Origin: Isurus oxyrinchus
Taxonomy: Eukaryota
Assembly (NCBI GenBank): GCA_026770705.1
Contig: JANJGN010000041.1
Span: 6,324,001-6,388,000 of the forward strand
Direction: 5' to 3'
Length of the DNA: 64,000 nt
The notes below the pieces were generated by a model. That model was not told the DNA's origin and did no database searches. It saw only the letters and a program-made list of their open reading frames with translations. Shown here piece by piece: positions 1 through 13,049 of the stretch. A program made the position numbers and the translations under genes. Numbering within the stretch: position 1 is the first letter of the stretch; every line of letters begins with the position of its first letter.

Positions 1-284
1 TGATGCTTTTGTTCCTGACACGAAGAAATTGTTATCCCTCAAATTGTATTATTTGCTACCAGAATTGAATGGCAGATACCGAATTCCTGGACGTCATATA
101 TGTTCCGAAATTAAGGGGAACTTGTCAGGCGAAATTCCCAGATTTATTTGTGTGCAATATTGGCATTCATTGTGTTTCTCTCTTTCTGTTTAAATAACAA
201 TCACATTTTTTTGCATCACGGTCGCATTTATCAATGATCCGTTAGCGGATATTTGTTGCAAGAAGCATTTCTACCCTTCATGTT

Positions 285-390
285 CTTATCTTTCTATCTT
301 TCTATCCATCCACTCATCTATCTATCTATCCAACTATCTATCTATCTATGTATTTATCTATCTATCTATCTTCTCCATATCTATCAACCT
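285..390. repeat. (TATC)n microsatellite
   Basis: Direct observation; expanded counterpart at 46378-47231. Confidence 0.9.
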
Positions 391-1029
391 ATGAATACAT
401 TTCACTCTCATACTCTCTTGCTCTTTCATTCACACGCTCCATTTCTTGCTCGTTCTGTCTCGCTCTCTCTCTCTCTCCCGCGTACAACTCTCTTTTCTAA
501 TCAGTGTATCCAGTTGGATATCTGTTTATCTGTGCATCTATATGTCTGCCTATCTGTCTGTCGGTCTGCCTGTCTAACTGTCATGATGATTGATTCTCCC
601 GCGACTTCACCATGTGAGTACGTGGCAAAAAAAAAAAGTGGCAGTCTGTTATCACTTGTGACATTAGATCAAGTCAATATTTCAACAATCGATTGCCAAA
701 TTCTGCATACAATGCCCGTTCAGGTGGAATTAATTAACTTTGCCCTGTCTTCCTTGTCTTTACGTCGCTTGACTCAGTTCTCCACAAATGCTTAAATCAT
801 TGGATGATTCCTCTATTTGGTTGTGCCAAAGGTTTTCTTATTTCGTTCAGAATCATGTTTTCAAATATATCCTTTCCTGTGGCGGGGATGTTGTTAGATG
901 GACCACAAGTTATTGCCAGATCCAAATTGCCCTTGAAAAGGCGGAGGTGCCCTACATTCCAGAAATTCTATATTTCATCTGATTGACGTCAGTGGCATTC
1001 CCTCAGTACCTAGAAAAAAGTTCGTCAGG

Positions 1030-2500
1030 CTCAGTGTGAATTCAGATGACTGAGGAGTCCCATTCTGGAGCTACATGTTCTTGATAAAGACGGGCACATT
1101 TTTTTGTGCTGGAGAGTTGAAATCAAAGGCCAAGGTTGGTTCACTTCTCCATGCTGTGCCTTGGCCGTTCCACCACTCTTGAGCCGCTGAGACTCGAAGC
1201 GGTTTTCGATTTGATGCACTGGATGATTCAGGCCGAGTGATCAGCAGCATTCTCCTCCCGCCCCCTGGTTTTAAGACATCCGTGCATTAGGAAAAACTGG
1301 AGATTATACAAACAACGTTCTCTTTGACCGCCCTTTGGACGAGGACTGCTAAGTGGTAGATGCAAGTATGGAAACGCAACCCTTTCCTGAAACATGTGCC
1401 CTACAACCGCCAGATGTCTGCTGCATTTGTACAGGATTTTGGCTGGGTGCCTATAGGCATCAGAGCCTTGCCAAGTCCCCAATCCTCCATGCCTACAGGG
1501 CTTTTCACCTGAAGCATTGTTGTAAACCCATATTTTAGTACCAGGATTCCGGTGTGCCATGTCTATGCTTTTAACGATGCAGGCACACCGGGATGCTTTT
1601 AGTAATGTAGTGTCAGCGTCCCATGTACTGGGATCCAACTTGCAATCTCTGAGCTTAGTTTTCAGATTTCAGACATCCTCTAGTGGAGCTTCCTGTGCTC
1701 ACCGAGTGTGGCGTGTTTGTACGTACGCATTTTCCAGATGAACAGTATGACCTAGCCAGGGAACCGGGGCTCTAATGAACATACTTTTGATGTCAGGCTT
1801 GCTGCACTTTGCAAGTTCATTGGTTTTGCGGATTTTCTCCTGCCAGGAACCGTTGGAAATTCTTCACAGACAGTGATGTTTGAAAGTTTTCATTTGCTTT
1901 CTATGTGGCCGAAAGGTTATGGAAGTCTCGCAATAATATAGAAGTGATATAATAAAAACTGCCTGGAAGGGCTTGATCTTCCATCTGAGGGAAGATTCCA
2001 TGTTCTCTTTGCCGAAGTCAGTGAGTGAATGCTGTCAAGTGCCGAGCTTGTTTTTGTCAGTTGGTGTGCAATTTGCCCATCCAGTTAGTGGCCTTGGAGT
2101 CCATGTGGCCAAGTGAGCAAAACGTGCGTAATGAACAAAGTGGTGCATTGCTCAAAGCGGCTGTGGTATCTTGGAGCACGTGACCAGCAACGGTTTAATG
2201 CAGCATCTCTATCCTTAGTTATATTGTCAAACGAAAACATTCTGTGTTTCCCGCAACGCCCTGAGCACACAGCTGAATGTCTCTGGATACTGACGTATGA
2301 GAGCGCATTTTTCCACGAATGTGACTTCCCTCTGTAGCTGCCCAGCAGCCTCTGTGCAAGGTTTTATTCTTGGCTCATTCAAAAGGCTGCCGGTGGTCCT
2401 GAAATGAATCGATAATACTTTGTCAAGTTGTTTGAGTGCATGCTTGGACAAAGACCTACAAATATATGACAAACAGAGCTGGTGATATTAAACAGCATTA
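1030..2500 (-). mobile_element. RTE-clade LINE relic, 3' part
   Basis: Minus-strand translations give the RTE C-terminal C2H2-like end (CPSLSRTCSSRMGLLSHLNSH) and a GH...RPKGGQRER motif; many stops and frameshifts. Confidence 0.7.
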
Positions 2501-3707
2501 TTTGGCACTGCAAGTGATATGCAAAGGGTTCACACAGACCAAACAGTTTGTATCCCTCTGATCATGACGCCTTCATCATAGAGCGAATGACACTGACCAT
2601 CTGTTCAGTGCTGTCGCATATTCCTGGCTGTATTGGATAGTTTATTGACTAAGAAGGGAGTCTAGGTTGTGTTTTGTGAGGGAGTTGGACGAGGGGGCGG
2701 ATATACGGCGCTGGTTGCGGAAGAACAGGCAGGAGAGCGGGTCTGAGGACACAATCAGAAAAACCATGATCTTTCCGAATTACAGGACAGGCTCAAGGGG
2801 CTAAATGACCTACTGAACTTTACTATTCTGTTTTTGGTGTTTGGTTGAAATGCAGCCCACACCAAAGGTGGAGGAGCCATCGATTTTGGTTCATTGTAAT
2901 CAGTGTATCTGTCTTCTAATGATTGTCTGCAGACTAGATTTAAGGGCCAAGACTAAAATGTTCAGCGTGGAATGCCGTCCCAGCGATGCACTCTGTATAT
3001 CCGATGGTTTTATTCAAGTAATTGTTTTTCATTCAGTTGAATCATCACTCTGGTTGGACTATGTGAGTGGGTGAGCAGGAGGATTGGATGACTCGGTGAA
3101 TTGTTACTGGGGCTGTATGGGGTCGGAATGCCTTGAAAGCATTATATTGAAATATTTTGTTTGAGAAACAAAGGCCTTCTTCATACAATATTTATTGAAT
3201 ATCAAGTCACCACCAAAACCAACCTTCCAGGTTGAACTTTTGCGGTTATAATTTCCAGGCAGAATGGTGCAAAGTTATGTGCAATGGAAAAGAATTTCGG
3301 TCAAGTCATTGACGGAAGTGTCAGTGCTAGAGGAATCCATGGAATGATCTGGGAAGCGTATGAGTTCCCTCTGGAAGTTTAAATGTCACAGACAAACATC
3401 ACACATGTGCCCTGTTGGAAGATAAAATTTGTCCCGAAAAACATGACAGTGGTGAACATTTGAAATTTCCCGCACTACCTCTCCTGACAGTCGAGGCCGA
3501 TTGAGTTTCCTCGAATCATTTTGAGCTACATTAGTAAAGATTAGATTTCCAACATCCCTCCGTGGGTCAAGCATTTCCCACCGTGATTATCCACTATGGG
3601 ATCTACCAGCTGCTCGTTAAAATATAGCCCCTTCAATTGTATTGACCACAAACATCATTCGAATGTTCAATGTTTCATTTCGAAACGGTTCCTTTTTGAA
3701 ACAGAGC

Positions 3708-3819
3708 GACTGACGTAACCTGTTTGTTCAGTGACTAAAACTAATTGATTTCTTTAGGGGACATGAATGCTCTAATGGGGATTGATCTGCTGCTTATATA
3801 ACAGTTTCGCTGAATGTCA
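3708..3819 (+). promoter_or_regulatory. Candidate core promoter of GPCR copy A (TATATAA 3795-3801)
   Basis: About 9 mismatches in ~110 nt versus copy B, above the flanking identity; contains TGACGT, TGTTTGT, CTAATTG and TATATAA, ~750 bp upstream of the ATG. Confidence 0.4.
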
Positions 3820-4547
3820 AATTTCATGTTTTGCAACAGGCTCGGTGTATCGGTTTCAACGTGAGTTAGCTCCTCTTACAGTGAATATAATTTGTTGTAC
3901 TTCATAAGATACGATCCATTTTCAAACCCATACTCGAAGCTGTCATTTTCCGATGTACGTTTATGAACATGCTCTCGGACTAACAATATCAATTTCTGTC
4001 CTTCTTTCGATTCATAGATGAGGGGAAATGCAGGCATGGCGAGCATTTATTGCCCATCTTTAATTCAACTTGTGAAGTGGGTGGTGAGCTGCTGCAATCT
4101 TTGTGGTGTAGTTACATCCACAGTATTATTAGGGGGAAATCCATTAATTTGACAAAGAGACAATGAAGGAACGGCGATATTTTCCCGAATCAGGATGATG
4201 AGTGGCTTGGAGAGGAACATTCAGCGACAGGCGTCCGCATGACCATGCTGACTTTGTCTTTCTAAATGCTAGCGGCCATGGGTTTGATTAGTTAACTGAA
4301 GGGCTTCATATTGAGTAAAGGTAACAGCTGTTCTCTGTCCCCTGCCAGGAATGATGTCATGCTAGTTTTTCCCTGATGCTCTAGAATAATTAATGTGACA
4401 TCTCCTTCCGAAGGTCTTAGATTTTAAAGTGTTTCTCCTGTTTTCCTGAGATAAAACTTAAAGAAGAAGAGGATTTTTACGTTTCAGCTCACACGTTTAT
4501 TTCTTCTTGTGCACCCATCTCTGTAGGAAAGACATCTCCTTAAAAAG

Positions 4548-4617
4548 ATGGGTGAACTGATACTTCACCAGCTAGAAGCGATTTATTATCCTGTTCTCGC
4601 GGCTATTGGGGTTCCTG
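4548..4617 (+). CDS. GPR139/GPR142-like class A GPCR, copy A, coding exon 1 (MGELILHQLEAIYYPVLAAIGVP, phase 1)
   Basis: ATG at 4548, 23 codons + 1 nt, ending at donor CCTG|gtaag (4618). Upstream acceptor ctctgtag at 4526 implies a further 5' UTR exon. Joins in frame (G+TT=Val) to exon 2, giving TM1 GVP-VNL. Conserved in the paralog at 51546. Confidence 0.88.
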
Positions 4618-5739
4618 GTAAGAGCTTTAATGCAATCTTCACCCGTACAAATGGATGTTGACGTTCTTCTCAAGTGCTGGTTCTGATAACATGGAATCGT
4701 TTCTTTACAGTTGGGGACACATGAAAGCAGGGATGTAAGTTTAAACATAACTTTAAAAGATTTCTTACTGTTGCTGTATCTTTCACTCAGGCGTCTCCAC
4801 TGCCAACACCTTATTCACGGAATGTCTTGTAACAGAGTGGGCTCTGCAATAGATATCATAATCAAGTGCAAACCGAGTTTGAACTAGTAGAAAACCCAAT
4901 CTGTGAAAATCTGTGCAGAGGCAATTTATCATTCTGCAAGTTCCTGCGTGAAATACTTGAATGCTTTGCTAATGCTATTCATCCATTTCCCAATAGTTAA
5001 AGGGACAGGATTACTGTCAAATCGCATACTTATTGCCACAGCGATACTTTTACAAATCTGGATGCAGAGAGGATATCTGGAAGTCTGGGTGAAACAGATT
5101 CCGTTTGTGCAGAAGGCATTTGGATGTTTTAGTAACCTGTCTATTGAAATGCATGTATTTCTAGAACCTCCTTTATCGAACTTAATGAATGTATTTGAAG
5201 TGCAGTCAACGAAATGACGCAAAAGTTGACAGGCAATTTCTGGTGGAGAAGCTTCTACAGGCAGCAGGTTTACAATGAGCTGATTATCCGTTTTTTGGGC
5301 TTTGGCCGAGGTTCAAATAGTGCTCAGGACACAAGGGGCTACGACAATGTTGTTCTTCGAAATAGGGGCATGGAAACTTTGAAAATAACTGCGAATCGAT
5401 TAGTCATGTGTTACAAAAGTTATTATAACCCATAGTGCAGAACTACTTCACTACAGCAATGGAGCATTAACAGGGAATTTTCAGTGAGGGTGCTAACTGA
5501 GATATACGTGGTCAGATTTTGGAAACCCTATGCACCCTGAGTAGTAATCTGGTTATCGTTAATGTGCTCATTTCAATTTCTAGCCCTCCACTTCCTGTTG
5601 TTGAAAACCCTGCTTCCAAATCTAACTGATTTACATTGAGGATTAGTGTAAATTGATATTAAGCATTGCCGGAATCCCCTGTGGCTTTGGCAAACTCACA
5701 TTGCCATGTTACATGGTGTCGCTGACAGAGGGACATTGG

Positions 5740-6230
5740 AGCATAGGAAATACGAGTAAGAGTTGACCATTTGGCCGCACGACGGTGCTCCACTACTCAA
5801 TTATATCATCGCTTAAATTATGCCTCCACGACATTCCTCGCACTATCTCATATCTTTGGACGCATTTACTAATGCGAAATCAGTTCATTGACACATTCAA
5901 CATACTCAGTGACTGCCAATCCACGGAGGTTGCAGTACATAATTTCGAAAATTTACCCCTCCCTGAGTGATGAATTCTTCCTAAGACCAGTTCTAAATGC
6001 AGACCTCTTATTCTGATATTGCTTTTCAGGGTTTTAGGCACCCCCAACAGGGGAACAATCCAGGCAAATCTACACCAACGAAATTTATAAGAACGATGGA
6101 TGCTTCAGTGAGATCAATTTTCATGTGCCAATGCTCCAGAAAGCAGAAGATGAGTCTCGTCAATGTCTCCACATAGGACAATCCCAGCGACCTTAATGTA
6201 ATCCAAGAGGTAATGTGTTGAACATTCCTT
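5740..6230 (-). mobile_element. CR1-type LINE 3' end relic (intron of copy A; duplicate near 52790-53250)
   Basis: Resembles the reverse complement of a CR1 3' tail; highly decayed. Confidence 0.5.
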
Positions 6231-6439
6231 GTCGCAGAGCTACAACAGCACCTAATGAAATCCACACAAAAGGGGCAAAGTAGATGGTTTACTGGAAGCA
6301 CGAACATCACCATAAACATTCCACATGAATATTGCAGTTTTGGGTAATCGCTGGCTTGGGGTTACAAATTATTCTTGTGCACAAATCAGCTAACGCTGAT
6401 GGTCCACAGTGCCTCGTGAATGCCCTGTTTTGAGCGGTT

Positions 6440-6860
6440 TATCAAGGTGAATTGTACGCCATTTAGCACAATGATTGTCTCACAAAATACAATCGAGAGA
6501 AGCCCTGATGTGAAGGCGGAATTTGTCTGAACAAGTACCGTGCGGCAGTTATTCCTATTAATCCTTTAATGAACAGATGCACCTGTGGTGGGTAGGTTGG
6601 TGGACCGGATTTACATAGAGTTTTGCACCTGCGTTGTTCCCTGATCACCTGCCAAAGACCCAGTCTAGCAGTTACATTTATGGACTGGCCAGCTCGAAAA
6701 TTAATGGCTCAACCGATCCTCTCTTGCTCACAGACATCGAGGTCCGCATTGTGAAGCATTTTTCTTTCCCTGTCATTCCCCAAAAGATCATCGATCCATC
6801 CACTGAGGGGAAAGGGAGGTGGTCAGCAGGAGGGGATATTCTTTGCCCATGTGTTTCATG
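6440..6860 (-). mobile_element. LINE endonuclease-domain relic (duplicate 53480-53920)
   Basis: Copy B minus translation GDLVVCEQERIGSSTNDRAGRV...GLWQVVRERTR matches the APE endonuclease GDFN region. Confidence 0.6.
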
Positions 6861-7179
6861 ATGTCATGAGATTTCATTTAGGTACCACGTGCTCTCAAGG
6901 ATATGAAAAGTGATGCACACTGTAAGTGTAGCAAAATGGTATTTAGGAATCAGTAATACAATTGAGAAATACCGAGAAATTCCCATGATATTTCACCGTT
7001 TAGATCAGACAATTTCACTCAGATGTTTGCTGATGATTCATATGAACTTTAAAAGCTTTAAGAGGAATTACTCAGATAAGGATAAACATCTTGAATCATT
7101 AAATCTACGGAATGATTGCAAATCAAACTGTCTGCTTTGTCTTGGAATAAGTCAATATTGTTGAATTATATTAGAGCGT

Positions 7180-8620
7180 AAATCATCCAGACAGGTGTAG
7201 CATATTCCATCATACTCCTGATTTGACTATTTAAATGAAGGAAAGGTTTTGGAGAGTCAGGGGGTGCGTTGCTCACAACAGCATTCTCAGATTCTGACCT
7301 GCCCTTCTAGTCACAGTTTCTTGTCAATGGTTTGTCCAAGGATGGTGAAATTGGATTCTTAAGCGATGGTGATGTCATTAAAACTCAAGGACATTTTGAT
7401 GGATACTCCTTCGGTTCAGTTGGTCATTGCCTGTCAATTTTGTGGGATGCAAATTACCTGTCGAATTTCAGCATGAGTATGGCTATTGCCCAGGTATGGA
7501 TGGACATGGGCATGGATGTTATTAGCATAAGTTGTGTCGCGAATGGCGCTGAACTTTGAACAATTGTCAGCGGACACAACCTTCTCCCAGTAGCCCACAC
7601 CCTACCCACCACACCAAACCTCTTTCTGTGTTTTAAATGGAAATAATTTCATTGATGCAGCAGCTTAAGATGGCTGCGCTCAGAGCACTGCCCTCAGGCT
7701 CTCGTCAAGTTATGTAATGGGAAACAAAGAATAAAGAAAAAAAAATCCTTTTCACTTGATATGACTTCAAGCATTGGGGACTTTGCTCCTTTTTCATATT
7801 GACTAAAATTCTGATAGCCCTCCTTGACACCATAGTGTGATAGCTGTTGTCTTGATATAAAACACTGCTCCTCTCTTCTCACCTTATGAGTACAGCACTT
7901 TTGAACATGTTTCAACCAAGGTTGAACCGAGAGTTGGAGTTCACACGAAGCAAGAATTGAGCGTCAGTGAGCAGTTTACTGTGAGTACCTGGCGATTGAA
8001 AGCATTGTCCATGATACTTTTCATCACTTTGATCATGATGAAGTGTAGGCAGACGGTGCTGTAATTAGATTGCTTGGATTTGGCGTGTGTTTTTGTGGAT
8101 AGGCATATCTGTGAAAATGCTGACATTTTTGCATCGATGCCAGTATTTTAGATGCACCATACGAGCTTCGATAAAGTAGTCTTATTCAGGAGCACTGATC
8201 TCCCATACTATTGGCATTGTCTAAAATTACCCTTAGCCTCTGCATCATCCAGATCCTTCTGTCATTCCTTAAATTCGAGTGCTGAGAATCACATTGTATT
8301 ACGCCTGGCATCTGTGTTGCTTTTTATCCAATGCAGGAGGCTGGGATGGTTCATCCACCCGTCACTTCAGGGTGAATGTGGCTGCAAATTCTTCAGCCAT
8401 GTATATGCACTGGTGCACAGTGCTACACAGTCATTTCCGATGGGGATATTGGTGGTGATCCGTCCACCAGTGAGTTGCAGAATTTTCCACCGCCATTCAA
8501 GGCGACTGTGACTTGACTTCAGAGCAAGCTATCGTTACTTGGTAGGGCGATCAATGAGCCCTGCTTTTCTGATGCTGAATACGCTGTTTTGCCTGCAAGT
8601 AGCCTTATCTCAAAATTCAA
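7180..8620 (-). mobile_element. CR1/L2-superfamily LINE RT relic (same family as 17490-19960)
   Basis: Reverse-complement similarity to the plus-strand copies at 13050-13980 and 17490-19960. Confidence 0.6.
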
Positions 8621-10533
8621 CAGGTGAAGCCGTGTTGTTAGTAATGGTCCCTGTTGCTGTGGACATTTGACAGATGTCGACAAAGTTCCTTCATTTGTGC
8701 ACTTGACCTCGAAAGCATGGAAGGACAACAGCAGAAGAGACATGGGAACACTCTTAATTACAAAGTCCTTTCCATGTCTTGCACCAAGTGGACTTGGAGA
8801 TGTATCACCATTCCTTGACTGTCACTGGATCAAAAACCTGGAAATCCATCACTCGTAGCATTTTGTCTGCACCCGCTTCATATGGACTCCAAAGCTAGAA
8901 ACACCTTATTTTCAAGAAGAATAATTGAAAACAGAAATAAAATTACTAATCTTGTCAATATATCCAAAGAAAAAAAAATCCATGATGAACGAGTTATGAA
9001 GAGTGATATTCTTTTTGTATTGAAATGACGGCCCTGGCTTTTGCTTTTTTTCGAGCTCAACAAACAATAACTACAATATCCATGTTTAAATGTAAATTAT
9101 TTCGGACAATACTGGTCCCAAACTGAGAATGTATATTTTGAATTCACTCCTGAATATCCAAATCTTTAACCAAAATAATTGGCTGAAATTTTCGTCCACA
9201 TTTCATACCTCTCCCCCACCCTCTAAAGGCCCCACTCCCCATCACCCACCCACCTCAAAAATATATTAGTTTAAAGATTCAAATTGATGTCCCCATCACC
9301 TTCAATCTTTATCACGATCTTTCGCACTTGATGCCCAGCAGAAATCAATTTTCAGCTTCATATTTAAAATCACTTCGCACGGATGCTGTGCTTGGGATGC
9401 CCTTTCTGCCCTTTCGGCAATAAAGTGAATGGTTTTGCAGCCGATCAATTAATGGGAACTCTGTCCTGTCTACTAGGAAGTAAAACGCTAGTTATGACCT
9501 CAGTACAATCACATCATCGAATTGGTCATTAACTTTGCCTTGCAAGAAATGTGCCCCTATGGCCAATAAACATTGCCCACTCAATCTGATAGCAATGTCA
9601 CCGTTCCCACTCCGCCATTAAATTGCCCTATTGATCAGGACTGACTCCACTCATTCTGCATAGCAATGTTGCTTCACACCTTCTGCAATGAATTAGCGAT
9701 GCATTCACCTGAAATAATCCTGCACAATGCCCAGCCAGCATATCAATCTTACATTACTCATTCTGACTTAAAACACATGACTGATCAGCTCTCATTCATG
9801 AATAAAACTTCTCGCTGTGAACCTGCATAGGAATGTCACTTTGTACTGATTGTCATTGTACCGCCACCGTGATAACTGCAGTGTAAACTTGCATTCAGCC
9901 TTGTCTATGCTGTCTTTTATGTAGCTCAGTGACCATTTTCTGGTCGTATGTTTTTGCCATTCCATCTTTCATCCTCTCAAGCATTCAGAGTATGTTCGTG
10001 CCACTGGACAATATTTTACCTTCAAGCTGGATGTCCTGTAGCACAGTAATGCTTCCCAGTATTTATCACATCTGTAGACCACCCATATGCATTGCACCAA
10101 TACCTCTTCCAGAGTATAAGTCAACTTGGCACAGATACTATTTTGCGCATTAATTTCCCATTTCACATTGTACCAACACACATGAATTGCCACTTTACAC
10201 CTCCCATTTACCTTCTATTATTCACGATGCCCAGCCATTTGTTTGCTTTCAAATTTTCCAGGTCACATTCGCCCTCAGTAATCTCAATCATTACTAAACA
10301 ATAGTTGCCTAGTTTACTTTGAATATGGTCATTTCAAATTACGAATTATCAACTGAGGTTTTCCTTCCCTATCCACTTTGATTCGGTCCAGTTTAAATTT
10401 AGAACATGCTCGCCTCGGAATGCAGACTGTGCATATTTGGGTTGAAAGCACAATCCTTTGCTGCAACAGGAACAAAATTAATAATGTTCATTTGTGTCGT
10501 CTATCTCTTGCTCTCTTTATCCCTCTCTTACAG

Positions 10534-11435
10534 TTAATCTTGTTGCGATTGTGATTCTTTCCCGAGGAAACTGTGGCCTTTCCAAATGTATTAGCTACTA
10601 TATGATCGCCATGGCCGTGGCAGATCTCCTGGTTGTTTGTGCTGAAGTCATACTGAAAAATACGCTGGATATTTATTTCCCTGTTTTATTCTTGACCACG
10701 AGCACGGTGTGCCCTCTAACTGTGATTCTGACTTACGCAGTCATATCAGCCTCTGTCTGGTTAACAGTGGTGTTCACCTTCGATCGTTTTGTGGTCATAT
10801 GTTGTAAGAAGCTGCGAAAAAATTATTGCACAGGGACAACAGCGGTAGCTGTCACATCAGTGGTGAGTGTGTTGAGTTGTTTGATAAACATTCCCTGGTA
10901 CTTTGCGTTTGAAACTGCATATATAATGGACAATGTAAATCGTGGTTGTGTCCTAACACAGAATTTTTTCATTTCTGCTGAATGGGCCGCATTTGACTTG
11001 TTTACCATTATCATGACGCCATGTATTCCATTTATCCTAATTTTGTTGCTAAATGTTTTGACGGCTAGACGTATTTTGCTGGCCAGTAAAGTTCGCAGAT
11101 GTCTCCGCGTTTGCAACAAGGATTCTGAAATAGAAAGCCGAAGAACGTCCATTATTTTACTCTTCAGTATAACCGGGAGCTTTATATTGCTCTGGACAAC
11201 TCCGGTTATATATATTATCTCTTTGCATGTAACAGTCACATCGAATTCTGGCGCACATGCACTTCAGTCACTTGGATCCATGCTTGGGATCCTCAGTTGC
11301 TGCACAAATACATTCATTTATGTGCTGACACAGGCTAAGTTTAGGAAGGAGCTGAAGAACGGAATGCAGTATCTTGTGAAATTGGGCATAAAATTAGGCA
11401 AATTACAGTGGAGTACCCGTTCACCATTTCAGTAG
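10534..11435 (+). CDS. GPR139/GPR142-like class A GPCR (probable G-protein coupled receptor 139-like), copy A, coding exon 2; spliced product 323 aa
   Basis: Polypyrimidine tract + ttacag acceptor (10533). Open frame with 7TM hallmarks: TM2 AMAVADLL, TM3 Cys and FTFDRF, TM4 IPWYF, ECL2 Cys, TM5 PFILILLLN, TM6 FILLW, TM7 CCTNTFIY, helix 8 KFRKEL. The first 13 residues of the ORF-track translation are intronic. Confidence 0.92.
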
Positions 11436-11611
11436 GACATGAGGTTTGTGCCTTGAATGAACTCATGTTAGGAAAATGCGTGTAACAACGTTGAAGCATT
11501 CTGCATAAAATAATATCCTACTAAAAATGTTCATTTATACTATAATGTCAAACTGAACTCATTTTCACAGTGTACAGTATTCAATGCTGATTTGTATGTT
11601 GTGATAATATT

Positions 11612-11627
11612 AATAAATGATAATAAA
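11612..11627 (+). terminator. Candidate polyadenylation signals (two AATAAA), copy A
   Basis: AATAAA at 11612 and 11622, ~180 nt after the stop; positionally conserved in copy B. Confidence 0.45.
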
Positions 11628-13049
11628 ACGTACTGAACCTCCACTGTTAGCTGTGCAGAGATTGAAAGGGTGAATTGTGATGCCAGCTGCTGACAGCCTG
11701 GTGTTCATTGGAACAGTTGTTCTTATCAACATAAAAACACCCCAAACATCAGCAGCTGCATCACGATAACTCGACAAATGTAACATAGACAAACATCAGG
11801 AATTTCCTACAATCTACTCTGGGCCAAATAGTACATAGGGGGAATTTTCAGAACATGTTTCATGAAGTCTGGCACCCTGCAAATATCGGACAGTTGCACA
11901 ATGAGCTGCTTCTCCAAGTTCCATATACCTCAAACGATTGAAACAAGGAAGGCCTGGTCATCACGTGTTTTGTTAAAAGTCGGGTATTGACGCAATTGAT
12001 CACACATTCCCACGATCCATAGTGCACAGAGACGACACCATATAATGGATTCAAAACTTTTAAATGCGATTACCCTACGATTCATTTGAAAGCACAAATG
12101 AAATTATACTTGTTTTTGCACGATTAATGGGACTACCTCCTCCCCACATGTTCATTCACAACACTCTCTGTCTCATGTTATCTGGTCCTTTCACACATAA
12201 AGCCTTCAAATGGCTGTTATCATATTCTCGAATGTTTTAATATGTTTGACTTTATAGCCACTCATCAATGTAGTGTATGACGCTTCGACCAGGTATCAGC
12301 ACGATTTCCCAGCCAAGAAACGTCTGATCACACGTGGCCCTCCCACCAACTTACGTCTTTGTATACCTATGCATATTGAATGTGAAAAAATGTAACGCAA
12401 TTGTTCTCGTCGCATATTCTTATCATTTACATAACTTAAATGCCATTCGTAGAAAGCAACCATTGACAGGCTACAGCACAGAAGCAGACTATTTGAACCG
12501 TCCTTTCCTTACTGTGTCTCTGCAGGAAGATGCAGGCGGCAGCCACTCTTCCAGCTTCTCCCTATTATCTGGGTCATTCGTTTTTCTCATTTAAAATTCA
12601 AAATCCTCTTGATCATTATTAGTTACCCACTCCAAACACCGGGTATAATGATTGGCCAGAACAACTGCCAGTTAAAGCATCATTACATAGAAACCCACAA
12701 CCGCTGTCCTTGAATAAATAAACATTAAAAACAAGACAGATTCGGTCATGGCATGAGGGGAATAGCTGGCACGAAGAGCAATTATTGTCAATCTTTAATT
12801 GCTCTTGCAGCAAATAATATGTGCTCCATCCTTCTGAGCAGCTGCAGTGCTTCTGATATCTTCGCCCTGGCTGCTTAGGGCCTGAATTACTAATTTCCCA
12901 GACCACCGGCTCAGCTAGCACTCTTTTCTAAATGTTTAATCTGGCTTTTCGGCAACAGGACTTTCTATATATGCAACCCGACTGTTCAGCTTCCAGTTCT
13001 TTCTGTTCCTGAAGGAACCTAAGTTCCACAAAGTAATGCCACGACTCAA

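Noticed and set aside
253-795. 180-aa ORF and the long X-containing ORFs at 21039-21509 and 46366-47522
   Set aside because: Produced by TATC microsatellite or N runs.
10494-10533. ORF-track N-termini of the GPCRs (10494 and 59448 starts)
   Set aside because: These are GTG/TTG starts in intronic polypyrimidine tract; the real N-termini are in the 70-nt upstream exons.
10823-11239. Antisense ORFs over the GPCR exons (also 59747-60133)
   Set aside because: Shadow frames of hydrophobic coding sequence; ends differ between paralogs.
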